A stretch of 53,808 bases of DNA from a virus. The stretch is taken from UHGV virus genome UHGV-0110229; one strand, 5' to 3'. This document shows positions 36,358 through 44,582 of this stretch, piece after piece. Each line of letters opens with the position of its first letter. Positions within the stretch are counted from its first letter, which is position 1. Both the position numbers and the translations under genes were made by a program. Under the pieces are notes generated by a model. It ran no database searches. It was not told the DNA's origin and saw nothing but the letters and a program-made list of their open reading frames with translations.

Positions 36358-37038
36358 ATGATTCATGTTCGAACAGGACAATTTGCGGCTGTGGTCGATG
36401 GCAGGCGGTATGTGTTTAATCCCTGCTTTGCTGCAATGGCTAAGATCGGCAGTGACAGGGAATTGGTCGAATACTTCGCAACTGTGCACGGTGGTAAATA
36501 TCCACAGCGTTTGCCAACGGATCCAGACCTCCGCAATCGCATTATGGCGCGTTGTTATGGTGAGTTAGTGCAAACGTCCATCCACGTCCTGAAATGTTGC
36601 TCAGAATGCGAAATAGGCCAGTTATTGGGCGAATGCAGCTTTACTCCTTCGGGTAAGTTGAGACTGAAACCTGGGTTGATGCCCACCAGCGACGTTATCA
36701 CGCTGGCGCAACACTGCATGTTCCACGGTTTAATTGGTGACGGTCCAGAGGAAGACACGGGCGAAAACCATGATGGCGAGTACAAGCCCACATTCGACAT
36801 CCTCGAATATGTTTACTCCGCCGTTGCTCACCTGGGATTGTCTGAATCTGAAGCATGGGGCATGACAATGACCGGATATAGGGCCGCTGTACGAGCTAAA
36901 ACGCCACCAGACGAAAGAAACGAGAAAGGTAAACCAAACGTTCATATAAATAAACGTGATTATGATGAGCAAATGGAGGCCGCTAAAAGGGTGCTGGAAT
37001 TGATGAAAAAACGCGAGCAAGAAAAAGCCCGGGGTTAG
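36358..37038 (+). CDS. Putative tail assembly chaperone (gpG-position)
   Basis: ATG 36358 with AAGGTGA RBS; sits between major tail and tape measure genes; no frameshift partner identified. Confidence 0.4.
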   Translation: MIHVRTGQFAAVVDGRRYVFNPCFAAMAKIGSDRELVEYFATVHGGKYPQRLPTDPDLRNRIMARCYGELVQTSIHVLKCCSECEIGQLLGECSFTPSGKLRLKPGLMPTSDVITLAQHCMFHGLIGDGPEEDTGENHDGEYKPTFDILEYVYSAVAHLGLSESEAWGMTMTGYRAAVRAKTPPDERNEKGKPNVHINKRDYDEQMEAAKRVLELMKKREQEKARG

Positions 37039-37044
37039 CCGGGC
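37021..37044 (-). terminator. Terminator for reverse-strand moron A
   Basis: GCCCGG-GGTTAG-CCGGGC hairpin with T-run on the minus strand (plus-strand GAAAAA). Confidence 0.45.
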
Positions 37045-37078
37045 GTTATATGTCGATGATGCTTTTTGATAGTGCCCA

Positions 37079-37495
37079 TTATCTGAACCTTACTATTTCA
37101 ATTCTGCCGTTGCCCAAGTCAATGATGGCATGATTTTTTATACCCGCGCCGCCTTCGTTAAATATTCTTTCAGCAAATGCGGCTTTATCAGCGTTACACT
37201 CATTGGCTATTCTGTTTCTTATTTCATCGTTGCCTTCGAATACGACGCCTACAGCAGCCTCCTTCACAAGCCCCCAGTTAAACCATCTTGCGTAAACTGG
37301 TTTACCTTCGAAATGCTTATCAATTGCTTCATAAAAAACCTTAATGGCGGCCGGTTCCTTCTTGAAAATTTTATGGTATTCGGCAACGTTGTTTGCTACT
37401 TCATTGCAGTTTATGTTTATTGCTTCGTTTGCATTGGCGTTGAATGCCATACCAACCATTACCGCCATCACCGCCGCTTTGATTAACCGTTTCAT
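37079..37495 (-). CDS. Secreted/periplasmic moron protein (signal peptide), function unknown
   Basis: 138 aa; N-terminal signal peptide MKRLIKAAVMAVMVGMAFNANA; opposite strand to the tail operon. Confidence 0.5.
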   Translation of the reverse strand: MKRLIKAAVMAVMVGMAFNANANEAININCNEVANNVAEYHKIFKKEPAAIKVFYEAIDKHFEGKPVYARWFNWGLVKEAAVGVVFEGNDEIRNRIANECNADKAAFAERIFNEGGAGIKNHAIIDLGNGRIEIVRFR

Positions 37496-37507
37496 AACCC
37501 ACCCCGC

Positions 37508-37594
37508 TTAGTTTTTATTTTTAAGTGCTTTCAGCATTTCTTCTATAAAGTCGGCATAGTGCTCATGCTCGTTGGGTCGGTAGTAGTTTTTCAT
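37508..37594 (-). CDS. Possible small hydrophilic ORF (28 aa) upstream of the secreted moron protein
   Basis: MKNYYRPNEHEHYADFIEEMLKALKNKN with AAGAGGAT RBS; 12 nt upstream of the moron gene. Confidence 0.25.
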   Translation of the reverse strand: MKNYYRPNEHEHYADFIEEMLKALKNKN

Positions 37595-37751
37595 TTTCTT
37601 ATCCTCTTTTGCTTCCTCCGGTTAATCCGGCCTTTTAAGTCCCTTCGCTCTATCCCTTTTCTTTATCTTCTTTATACAAAATGTACTCGTTGAAGTGAAG
37701 CCATTTTGTATAAAATAGAGACGTGGATCACATTTCGTATGAGGTTAAATC

Positions 37752-40091
37752 ATGGCTACCAGTTTAGGTACAATTTATTACGAAGTCGATGCAAAAACTG
37801 GTCAGCTTCTTGTCGCTCAACGACAGGCAGACCAGGCTTTTGACAGTATAGAACGCGGCGCAAAACGTGCTGACCGCCAGGTAAACACACTGAAGACATC
37901 AATCAAAGCACTGTCCAGGGTTATACATCTGCTACTTGCCGCAGAGGCTGTACGCCAGTTTATTGACATGGCGGAGCAAGCAAAAATGCTTCGCGTAAAA
38001 ATCAAAATGCTTACTGGTGATGCAGAGGTCGCAGGACGTGTTTTCGATGGCCTGAAAGAAATATCAAAAGAAACCGGGCAAAGCCTGAAGGATACTGGCG
38101 AACTATGGCAAGGCCTGGCTATCTCACTGAAGAACACGTCAGCTACGGATGGTCAATTGCTTAACCTGGTTGGCACGATTCAAAAGATGGGGGCGTTAGG
38201 CGGCGCGTCAGCGGAACAGATGTCTAATTCTATGCGCCAGTTCCGCCAGTCTATAGACGGTGGCGTTCTTCGTGCCGAAGAGTTTAACAGTCTGCTTGAA
38301 AACACGCCGACCATCGTACAGACAATGGCCCGCCATATGGGGTTGTCAATGGGTCAGTTCCGCGCCGAAATGCTGGACGGCAAGATCACGGCTGAAAGGA
38401 TGGTTAACGCGATCCAGGCAGCTACACAGGAAACAAACGAGAAGTTTGCACAGTTGCCTCGCACATCCGGCAAGGCTATCAATGAGCTTAAAGTAGAGGT
38501 GATGGGGCTTGTTGAGCAACTGGATGATCTTTTCGGTGTATCAGATGGCGTTGTGTCAGCTATCGACCTAATAACTGGCGGCGTTGAGGGATTAGGTAAA
38601 GGTGCAAAATTCGCCGCAACCTGTTTCAATACACTCAAAACCGCTGGCAGCGAGTTTATAGACATGTTTGACGACGTTGCTGTTAAAGCTGGTGAGGTGG
38701 CGGAAGAGATTATCAGGATGGTAACGCCAATAAAAGCGCTAATGGATGGCTACAAATGGATGAAGGAGATCATTGATAAACGCAAGGAAGAGCTAAACAG
38801 CAATAACGAGAAGAAATTCGGCCCCACCATTGGCAAATTCATGACGTTTAAGAATGACATCGAAAAAGCAACTGCCGCTTATGATGAGTTCATGCAGAAA
38901 CAGGGTGAGGCTAACGATGGCAAGATCACCGGATTCGATCAGCCAGTTGGTAAGCCGAAAAAACCGAAAAAACAAAAGAAATCTGAAGCTGATCGGCTTG
39001 GTGATGAAGGTATAAAAGTGTCCGACCAGTACAACAAGGACGCCGCCGCTATGCGTAAAGCACTGGAGAACGGCAAGGCCATTGATGCTGCATTCGCCCA
39101 GGGAAAAATAACCCTCCTTGAGTACAAGGCCGCGCAGAAAGGGATAGGTAAGGAACTGAAGGACGAATTGGCCCAAATCCCGGTGGAAGAATTGCAAGAC
39201 AAATGGGCGCACATAGTAAGCCCAATGGATCAACTTAAGGGCGAAATTGACCCCATCAAACAGGTGCAGAATGAGTGGGCCGTCAAAAAACAAATGCTGA
39301 TAGACCTGGGCGCTACAGAAGCGCAACAGAAACAGGCGCTTTTGGAATATGAGCAACAGATACGAGATCTGAAGTGGGAACAATGGCAGGCGCAAAGCGA
39401 CACGAATAGCCTAATCGGTGCTTGTGTTAGTGGCCTAAAAGGTGGCATGGGTAATGCGCTCACCGGCCTGTTAAACGGTACTCAATCATTAAGCGAGGTT
39501 TTCGCCAACCTGGGAAGCAGTATCCTCAATACCGTTGGCAACAAACTATCAGAGATTGCCGCTAACTGGATAGCAGATCAATTGATGATGGAAACGCAAA
39601 GCAAGGCTACCCAGGCAAGTACAACTGCTGGCGCTGTGGCGGCGCAAGGTCAGATTGCTGCGGCGGCGGCCCCGGCTGCGGCTGCAACGGCTGCGTCAAC
39701 TGGTGGTAGCTGGGCTGCGGCTGGTGCTGCGGCACTTTCTGCGATCATGTCGCTGGCAACATCAATTTTTGGCGGCGGGCGTTATAATGGTGGTTCTGTA
39801 AATGGTGGCAGCCTGTATCGCGTAGGGGAACACGGGATTCCTGAGTTATTCCAGACGAGCAACGGGCGTCAGTATATGATTCCTGGGGAAAATGGCAGGG
39901 TTATTCCTGGCCGCGATCTCTTCAATGGTGGCGGCATCAATATGCCTGTTAACATCACAGTACAGACCACAAACGGATTTAGCGACGAAGACGGTCGCAG
40001 ACTTGAACAGACGATGGAACGCGTAGCAATGAAAATGATGGCAAGGGAATCGCAACGACCGGGAGGAATGTTGCAACCGCGCCGCAAATAA
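37752..40091 (+). CDS. Tail tape measure protein
   Basis: 779 aa; long helical Q/A/K-rich protein with Gly/Ala-rich hydrophobic stretch near C-terminus; position in tail operon. Confidence 0.8.
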   Translation: MATSLGTIYYEVDAKTGQLLVAQRQADQAFDSIERGAKRADRQVNTLKTSIKALSRVIHLLLAAEAVRQFIDMAEQAKMLRVKIKMLTGDAEVAGRVFDGLKEISKETGQSLKDTGELWQGLAISLKNTSATDGQLLNLVGTIQKMGALGGASAEQMSNSMRQFRQSIDGGVLRAEEFNSLLENTPTIVQTMARHMGLSMGQFRAEMLDGKITAERMVNAIQAATQETNEKFAQLPRTSGKAINELKVEVMGLVEQLDDLFGVSDGVVSAIDLITGGVEGLGKGAKFAATCFNTLKTAGSEFIDMFDDVAVKAGEVAEEIIRMVTPIKALMDGYKWMKEIIDKRKEELNSNNEKKFGPTIGKFMTFKNDIEKATAAYDEFMQKQGEANDGKITGFDQPVGKPKKPKKQKKSEADRLGDEGIKVSDQYNKDAAAMRKALENGKAIDAAFAQGKITLLEYKAAQKGIGKELKDELAQIPVEELQDKWAHIVSPMDQLKGEIDPIKQVQNEWAVKKQMLIDLGATEAQQKQALLEYEQQIRDLKWEQWQAQSDTNSLIGACVSGLKGGMGNALTGLLNGTQSLSEVFANLGSSILNTVGNKLSEIAANWIADQLMMETQSKATQASTTAGAVAAQGQIAAAAAPAAAATAASTGGSWAAAGAAALSAIMSLATSIFGGGRYNGGSVNGGSLYRVGEHGIPELFQTSNGRQYMIPGENGRVIPGRDLFNGGGINMPVNITVQTTNGFSDEDGRRLEQTMERVAMKMMARESQRPGGMLQPRRK

Positions 40092-40097
40092 ACAAAA

Positions 40098-40125
40098 CCC
40101 CGGTACAATGCCGGGGTTATCTTTT
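40098..40125. terminator. Bidirectional rho-independent terminator
   Basis: CCCCGG-TACAATG-CCGGGG flanked by A-run upstream and TTATCTTTT downstream. Confidence 0.6.
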
Positions 40126-40300
40126 AGTTATTCTCAAAACTTGTATATCCTCTTTCAATTTTCCCTCCGTGTACACTTCTGGCAAATACCGCGTCAGTAT
40201 ACCTGAAAAATGGGCATGTATATGTATCCCCTTTACTATCCATATATTTTAGCACCCACGCCATACGTTTTACGTTGCTTTTATTTGCCGGGTTTTTCAT
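40124..40300 (-). CDS. Moron B gene 4, hypothetical (58 aa)
   Basis: MKNPANKSNVKRMAWVLKYMDSKGDTYTCPFF..; GGAGG RBS. Confidence 0.3.
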   Translation of the reverse strand: MKNPANKSNVKRMAWVLKYMDSKGDTYTCPFFRYTDAVFARSVHGGKIERGYTSFENN

Positions 40301-40318
40301 TTTATTTTCCTCCGCAAA

Positions 40319-40411
40319 TCACAATCTTCCGTTTCTTGCTACATAGCTGCGAGCAAACATCACCTGCCAGATGTTCCAGATCTCCCTCCAGGTGAATTTA
40401 TCGTCATCCAT
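40319..40411 (-). CDS. Moron B gene 3, hypothetical (30 aa)
   Basis: MDDDKFTWREIWNIWQVMFARSYVARNGRL; GAGGTGA RBS. Confidence 0.25.
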   Translation of the reverse strand: MDDDKFTWREIWNIWQVMFARSYVARNGRL

Positions 40412-40419
40412 ATTTCACC

Positions 40420-40674
40420 TCATTTATGTGCCCCTTTTACGCCACAGTGGCGGTTGTATTCCAGATGGTCAATAATTAACCACATCTTTAGATCTTCGCT
40501 GAATAACCGCCAATCGGGGTTGATGTCAAATTTATAACCGTAGCCATCGCGTAATTTTTTGGGGTTGGCCTCTTTTTTCAGGAAAGCATTTAATAAAGCC
40601 TTGCCTTTTTTGATGATCCGTTCCTGGGCGTTTTTCTGTGCTTTCAGGTTTTTGCCAATCATTACCAATTTCAT
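40420..40674 (-). CDS. Moron B gene 2, basic 84 aa protein
   Basis: Lys-rich; 20 nt downstream of gene 1. Confidence 0.4.
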   Translation of the reverse strand: MKLVMIGKNLKAQKNAQERIIKKGKALLNAFLKKEANPKKLRDGYGYKFDINPDWRLFSEDLKMWLIIDHLEYNRHCGVKGAHK

Positions 40675-40694
40675 AACTCACCCCACGCAATCAA

Positions 40695-40850
40695 TCAGTT
40701 GACCACTTTCAGGAAGAAATCACGGTATTCATCTTCTTTTGCATTCATCATAAATTGACCGTATTTGAATGCATCATCAAAACCCTTCACAATCGCAACT
40801 TCCACCTGTTCGAATGCTTTGTTTAGCATTACCACTACATAGCGTTCCAT
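40695..40850 (-). CDS. Moron B gene 1, acidic 51 aa protein
   Basis: MERYVVVMLNKAFEQVEVAIVKGFDDAFKYGQFMMNAKEDEYRDFFLKVVN; GGAGG RBS. Confidence 0.3.
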   Translation of the reverse strand: MERYVVVMLNKAFEQVEVAIVKGFDDAFKYGQFMMNAKEDEYRDFFLKVVN

Positions 40851-40891
40851 ATTGGCCTCCTTTGTTGGTGCTGCTTTCTCTTCTTGATTTC

Positions 40892-40920
40892 TATATACAT
40901 CTTGTCACGTCATGTGTGAA
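40892..40920 (-). promoter_or_regulatory. Sigma70-like promoter for moron B (reverse strand)
   Basis: On the minus strand TTCACA-17 nt-TATATA; a plus-strand TATAAT at 40939-40944 may drive gpM. Confidence 0.4.
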
Positions 40921-41019
40921 GCCGTTTTGTAAACTGGGTATAATTCTTGTGACAAAGTTCTCATTTTTCGCGTAGAAGCGCGTAAAGATGTATGCAATAT
41001 GTAACTTATAGGGGGAATC

Positions 41020-41373
41020 ATGCCGGAAGTTTTCAGATGGACGCCGCAAAGAAGCTACAGCGTGACCAGGGAACCAAATGTGTCAGTCGTTAAACTTGGT
41101 GATGGTTATGAGCAAAGGCAGGCAAAAGGTATCAACACATTACTTGATAGCTACACCCTGGTTTTTAAAGGCAGTAGCGCAGGATGCGGTGATAGCGGGA
41201 ACGTAGCGATCCAGGCGGAAGCATTCTTGAGGGCGCGCGGCGCTGTCGAGGCTTTCTACTGGACGCCGTCGATGGATAGGGTGCAAAGGCTTTTCGTTTG
41301 CCGTAGCTGGAGTATGACTAAGGACGGACCTGTGTACACGCTAAACGCAACGTTTGAACAAGTTGTTGGCTAA
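41020..41373 (+). CDS. M: Minor tail protein M
   Basis: 117 aa; resembles lambda gpM as recalled (FRW, GDGYEQR, ..FEQVV C-terminus). Confidence 0.75.
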   Translation: MPEVFRWTPQRSYSVTREPNVSVVKLGDGYEQRQAKGINTLLDSYTLVFKGSSAGCGDSGNVAIQAEAFLRARGAVEAFYWTPSMDRVQRLFVCRSWSMTKDGPVYTLNATFEQVVG

Positions 41374-41570
41374 TGGAGGTTGTTATGTACGGGACTTGTG
41401 TAGTTGACAAAACTGACGCTTTTACATTGTTTGACGACTATGAGATCAACGACCTTACTGTAAAGGCTGACAATGGCGATACCTGGTATCTTCATGATGT
41501 TGGTGACGGGTATGTGGGATGCAGATCCAGGGAAGGCAAGGAGGTTTTATTTTTGGTTGATGGCGTGTAA
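41373..41570 (+). CDS. Hypothetical small protein between gpM and moron C
   Basis: 65 aa ORF; ATGA overlap with M stop; followed by terminator. Confidence 0.35.
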   Translation: MEVVMYGTCVVDKTDAFTLFDDYEINDLTVKADNGDTWYLHDVGDGYVGCRSREGKEVLFLVDGV

Positions 41571-41576
41571 TAACAA

Positions 41577-41600
41577 CCCCGCTTCTCGCGGGGTTTTCTT
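41577..41600. terminator. Rho-independent terminator (shared by plus ORF and moron C)
   Basis: CCCCGC-TTCTC-GCGGGG followed by TTTTCTT. Confidence 0.6.
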
Positions 41601-41749
41601 GTCAGTAGTTAATGTAAATCAAACTCATTGGGTGAGCGTGCGCCATATTATTGGCTATCGCCGCCCAATCCCAATCAGCAGCGTGAACGCCAAATACTAT
41701 AAGTCCCATTATTATTAGCGCCAAAACTTCTATTTTCATAATCTGTCAC

Positions 41750-41998
41750 CTATAAGTTATCACGCAGATAATTAACGCCCTTATCAGTGACGAATGAATG
41801 GTTAACCTGGTTTTCATCCGTCATGATGATGAATAACTTTTCCTGTAGGTATTTCGCTTTTGGGTACAGTGTTAAACAGACTTGATACAGTATCCCGCGC
41901 TCAATCAGCAAATCAATAAATTCGTGTTCATGATAACCGATGAGGCGGGCGGCCTGTTTCAACGTGTACACATAATCGCCGTGATTGCGCCGCCCCAT
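41750..41998 (-). CDS. Moron C gene 3, 82 aa protein with possible HTH
   Basis: Segment TLKQAARLIGYHEHEFIDLLIERG resembles an HTH. Confidence 0.4.
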   Translation of the reverse strand: MGRRNHGDYVYTLKQAARLIGYHEHEFIDLLIERGILYQVCLTLYPKAKYLQEKLFIIMTDENQVNHSFVTDKGVNYLRDNL

Positions 41999-42007
41999 GT
42001 TGCCGCC

Positions 42008-42358
42008 TTATTTATCGAATGCGCCCAGGTTATCTATGCAGAAATCTTTTGCCGCTTTTTCGTATTCGCGTTTTGCTTGCGGATCGTCTGCCGGGAAACC
42101 TTTTGCGTGTATTTCACCAGGGCAAGACTGATCCATAGAGTCAGCAAGGTTAACATTGACATTGAAATTGACATCTTTCGGGTTCATCTCTTCCACCTTA
42201 TCCGGTACTTGTACTGGAACAACATAATAATAACGAGCATTAGACCAACAGCGCAGTAATTCACGACCTTCATCACACGCTGATTCATATGTATCAAATA
42301 GCCCCATGCGTTCCCATTCGTATTTATCAGTCCACACGTCTAATCTGTATTTTTCCAT
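42008..42358 (-). CDS. Moron C gene 2, 116 aa hypothetical protein
   Basis: ORF with Cys and aromatic residues; no family recognised. Confidence 0.4.
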   Translation of the reverse strand: MEKYRLDVWTDKYEWERMGLFDTYESACDEGRELLRCWSNARYYYVVPVQVPDKVEEMNPKDVNFNVNVNLADSMDQSCPGEIHAKGFPADDPQAKREYEKAAKDFCIDNLGAFDK

Positions 42359-42373
42359 TTTTTGTTATAACCC

Positions 42374-42559
42374 TCATTTGACAGGTTCGATCCTGTACCC
42401 CAAAACGCGTTCGTCTTCAGCGAGTAAGAGCGCGTCGGTAAGTGCCTCGCCTTCATCTTTATACAGGGCCACAGTCATTTTCCTGCCATCCGCAAGGAAC
42501 ACCGTCAACCTCCACACCTTGTCATCCATTTCACACCTCCGCGCCATTTTGTTAACCAT
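42374..42559 (-). CDS. Moron C gene 1, 61 aa hypothetical protein
   Basis: Start at MVNKMARR (ATG 42559..42557) downstream of promoter with AAGGAAG RBS; track ORF extends to 42616. Confidence 0.4.
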   Translation of the reverse strand: MVNKMARRCEMDDKVWRLTVFLADGRKMTVALYKDEGEALTDALLLAEDERVLGYRIEPVK

Positions 42560-42575
42560 GCTTCCTTTTGAGTAC

Positions 42576-42604
42576 AATATACATATTGTAAAAAACGCGA
42601 TCAA
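42576..42604 (-). promoter_or_regulatory. Sigma70-like promoter for moron C (reverse strand)
   Basis: Minus strand TTGATC-17 nt-TATATT; adjacent direct repeat TGATTTAG x2 at about 42616-42633. Confidence 0.45.
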
Positions 42605-42657
42605 CCGTTTTGGCATGATTTAGCGTGATTTAGATCACAAAATGACAAGGTGATAAA

Positions 42658-43362
42658 ATGCGCAGCATACCTACAGAAATGATTATTGATTCCGTGGATG
42701 CCGGAGTCGGCGCGGTCATTGACTTATTTGAACTGGACCTCACGCCCCTGGGTGGCGAGGTTATCCGCTTCCATTCCGGCGCGAATGGTTATTACGGCCC
42801 TGTTATCTGGAAGGGATTGGCTTACAACAGCTACCCAATCGAGGCTACCGGCTTCGAAATGAAAAACGAAGGCGTTTACTCACGCCCCCAAATGGTCGTA
42901 GCCAACATTGGCGGCCTAATCACTGGGATGAATAACGATTTTAACGACCTGCGAGGAATGAAGGTTACGCGCCGCCAGGTGGAAGTAAAATACCTGGATG
43001 CTGTTAACTTCCCCAATGGCAACCCGGATGCAGATCCGTCTATCGAGGCGGTATCTTTTTACGTCGTTGAGGCGATGAGCGAAGAAACAGCCGACCAGGT
43101 GCAATATGAACTGTCAACGCCAATTGATGCTGACAAGGCTGTTATCCCTGGGCGCACAATCCTCGCTGACGTTTGCCAGTGGCAATATCGCGGCGACGGT
43201 TGCAGATACAGTGGCGGCCCTGTAGCCACTGACAAAGACGAGCCAACCAGTGATCCGAAGCTGGATAAATGCAGCCACCGCCTGAGCGGTTGCCGTTTGC
43301 GATTCCCGCGCCCGAATCCGTTACCGATTTCATGTTTCCCCGGATCAAGTAAGGTCGGTTGA
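42658..43362 (+). CDS. L: Minor tail protein L
   Basis: 234 aa; strong resemblance to lambda gpL as recalled including the C-terminal Cys cluster. Confidence 0.8.
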   Translation: MRSIPTEMIIDSVDAGVGAVIDLFELDLTPLGGEVIRFHSGANGYYGPVIWKGLAYNSYPIEATGFEMKNEGVYSRPQMVVANIGGLITGMNNDFNDLRGMKVTRRQVEVKYLDAVNFPNGNPDADPSIEAVSFYVVEAMSEETADQVQYELSTPIDADKAVIPGRTILADVCQWQYRGDGCRYSGGPVATDKDEPTSDPKLDKCSHRLSGCRLRFPRPNPLPISCFPGSSKVG

Positions 43363-44096
43363 TTATGGCACTTGAAGATAAAATGATTCGCTATGCAGCG
43401 GCCCACCCTGACGAGGAAGTATGCGGGCTGGTGATAGATAATGATTATTTTTACCCGTGCTTAAACGTGTCTGAAACGCCTCACAACAGCTTTAAAATCT
43501 CGCCTGACGATTATATCAAAGCTGACGAATTAGGCGTTATAACAGCCGTTTTTCACTCCCATACTGACGATTCGTTGGTATTGTCAGCACTGGATCGGCA
43601 GCAACAGGTTATTTCCGGCCTGCCGTGGTATTTGTGTTCCGGTGGCAGGGTAAGAAAATTCCGCCCGGTTGCGCACCTGTTGGGCCGTAAATTTGAGCAC
43701 GGGAAAACGGATTGTTACTCGCTTTTTCGTGACGCCTATCACCTTTGCGGCGTGGATCTACCGGACTTTGAGCGCCACGATGGGTGGTGGCTGCGTGGGG
43801 AAAACCTGTACATAAAAAACCTGCCATTGAACGGGTTTTTCATGGTTGACGCGCAAAGTATTCAGCCTGGTGATGTGATTATTCGCCAGCCGTTTAAGGG
43901 TGCAGATCCATGCCACGCGATGATTTACCTGGGTGACAACACTGTTTTGCATCATGACAATGCCGGACTGTTAAGCCGCCGCGAGCAAATGCGGCCCGCG
44001 TATGTTCGACAGACTAATTCAATATGGAGATCTGACAAATGCTCAAATTTAGATTTACGGGCAATCTTCGAAGATATTACGGCAAGGTGTGTTTAA
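43359..44096 (+). CDS. K: Tail assembly protein K (MPN/JAB + NlpC/P60-like)
   Basis: 245 aa; HSH..D JAB-like motif (AVFHSHTDDS) and Cys/His peptidase-like C-terminal part. Confidence 0.8.
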   Translation: MIMALEDKMIRYAAAHPDEEVCGLVIDNDYFYPCLNVSETPHNSFKISPDDYIKADELGVITAVFHSHTDDSLVLSALDRQQQVISGLPWYLCSGGRVRKFRPVAHLLGRKFEHGKTDCYSLFRDAYHLCGVDLPDFERHDGWWLRGENLYIKNLPLNGFFMVDAQSIQPGDVIIRQPFKGADPCHAMIYLGDNTVLHHDNAGLLSRREQMRPAYVRQTNSIWRSDKCSNLDLRAIFEDITARCV

Positions 44097-44569
44097 ACGT
44101 TGATACGCCAGCGCAAGGACTTAGCATATTGACCGCGCAGGATCAGGAGTTCAAGAAGGCTTTTTTAAATACACCTTTGCGCTTACGAATTGCCGGAAAA
44201 GATTATGACGAAAAGACGGCCCCGGCAGCGGTTAATAGTAAATACCCTGACGGAACTACAGTGATTGTTGCGCCAGTGGTGGAAGGTGGTATTGCTGGGA
44301 TTGGCGTTGTAGGCTGGATTTTAATCGGTGTTTCTGTTGTTAGCGTTGCTTTCTCGATCTTTATGTCACGCAACATGAAGATAAAAACATCAGCAGAAAG
44401 CGCACAAGATAACACCATATCTAACAACACATACACCAGCATTGAGAACAAAGTAGGACAGGGTAGACCAGTGCCAATCCTGTTGGGTGAAATGAAAATA
44501 GGTTCAAATGTCGGGTCGTTAGGCATAGACACAAGCAACAACAGAGACGCCCTTGACGTTGTAAGTTAA
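44039..44569 (+). CDS. I: Tail assembly protein I
   Basis: 176 aa; lambda gpI-like layout with hydrophobic central segment; overlaps the K 3' end. Confidence 0.7.
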   Translation: MLKFRFTGNLRRYYGKVCLNVDTPAQGLSILTAQDQEFKKAFLNTPLRLRIAGKDYDEKTAPAAVNSKYPDGTTVIVAPVVEGGIAGIGVVGWILIGVSVVSVAFSIFMSRNMKIKTSAESAQDNTISNNTYTSIENKVGQGRPVPILLGEMKIGSNVGSLGIDTSNNRDALDVVS

Positions 44570-44582
44570 CAGGAGAAAAACC

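Noticed and set aside
36358-37038. Programmed -1 frameshift in the tail assembly chaperone (G/GT-type)
   Set aside because: No second overlapping chaperone ORF or obvious slippery heptamer identified; the downstream space is occupied by the reverse-strand moron.
38793-39395. 200 aa and other reverse-strand ORFs inside the tape measure gene
   Set aside because: Antisense ORFs fully embedded in a long, well-supported coding region; typical six-frame artefacts.
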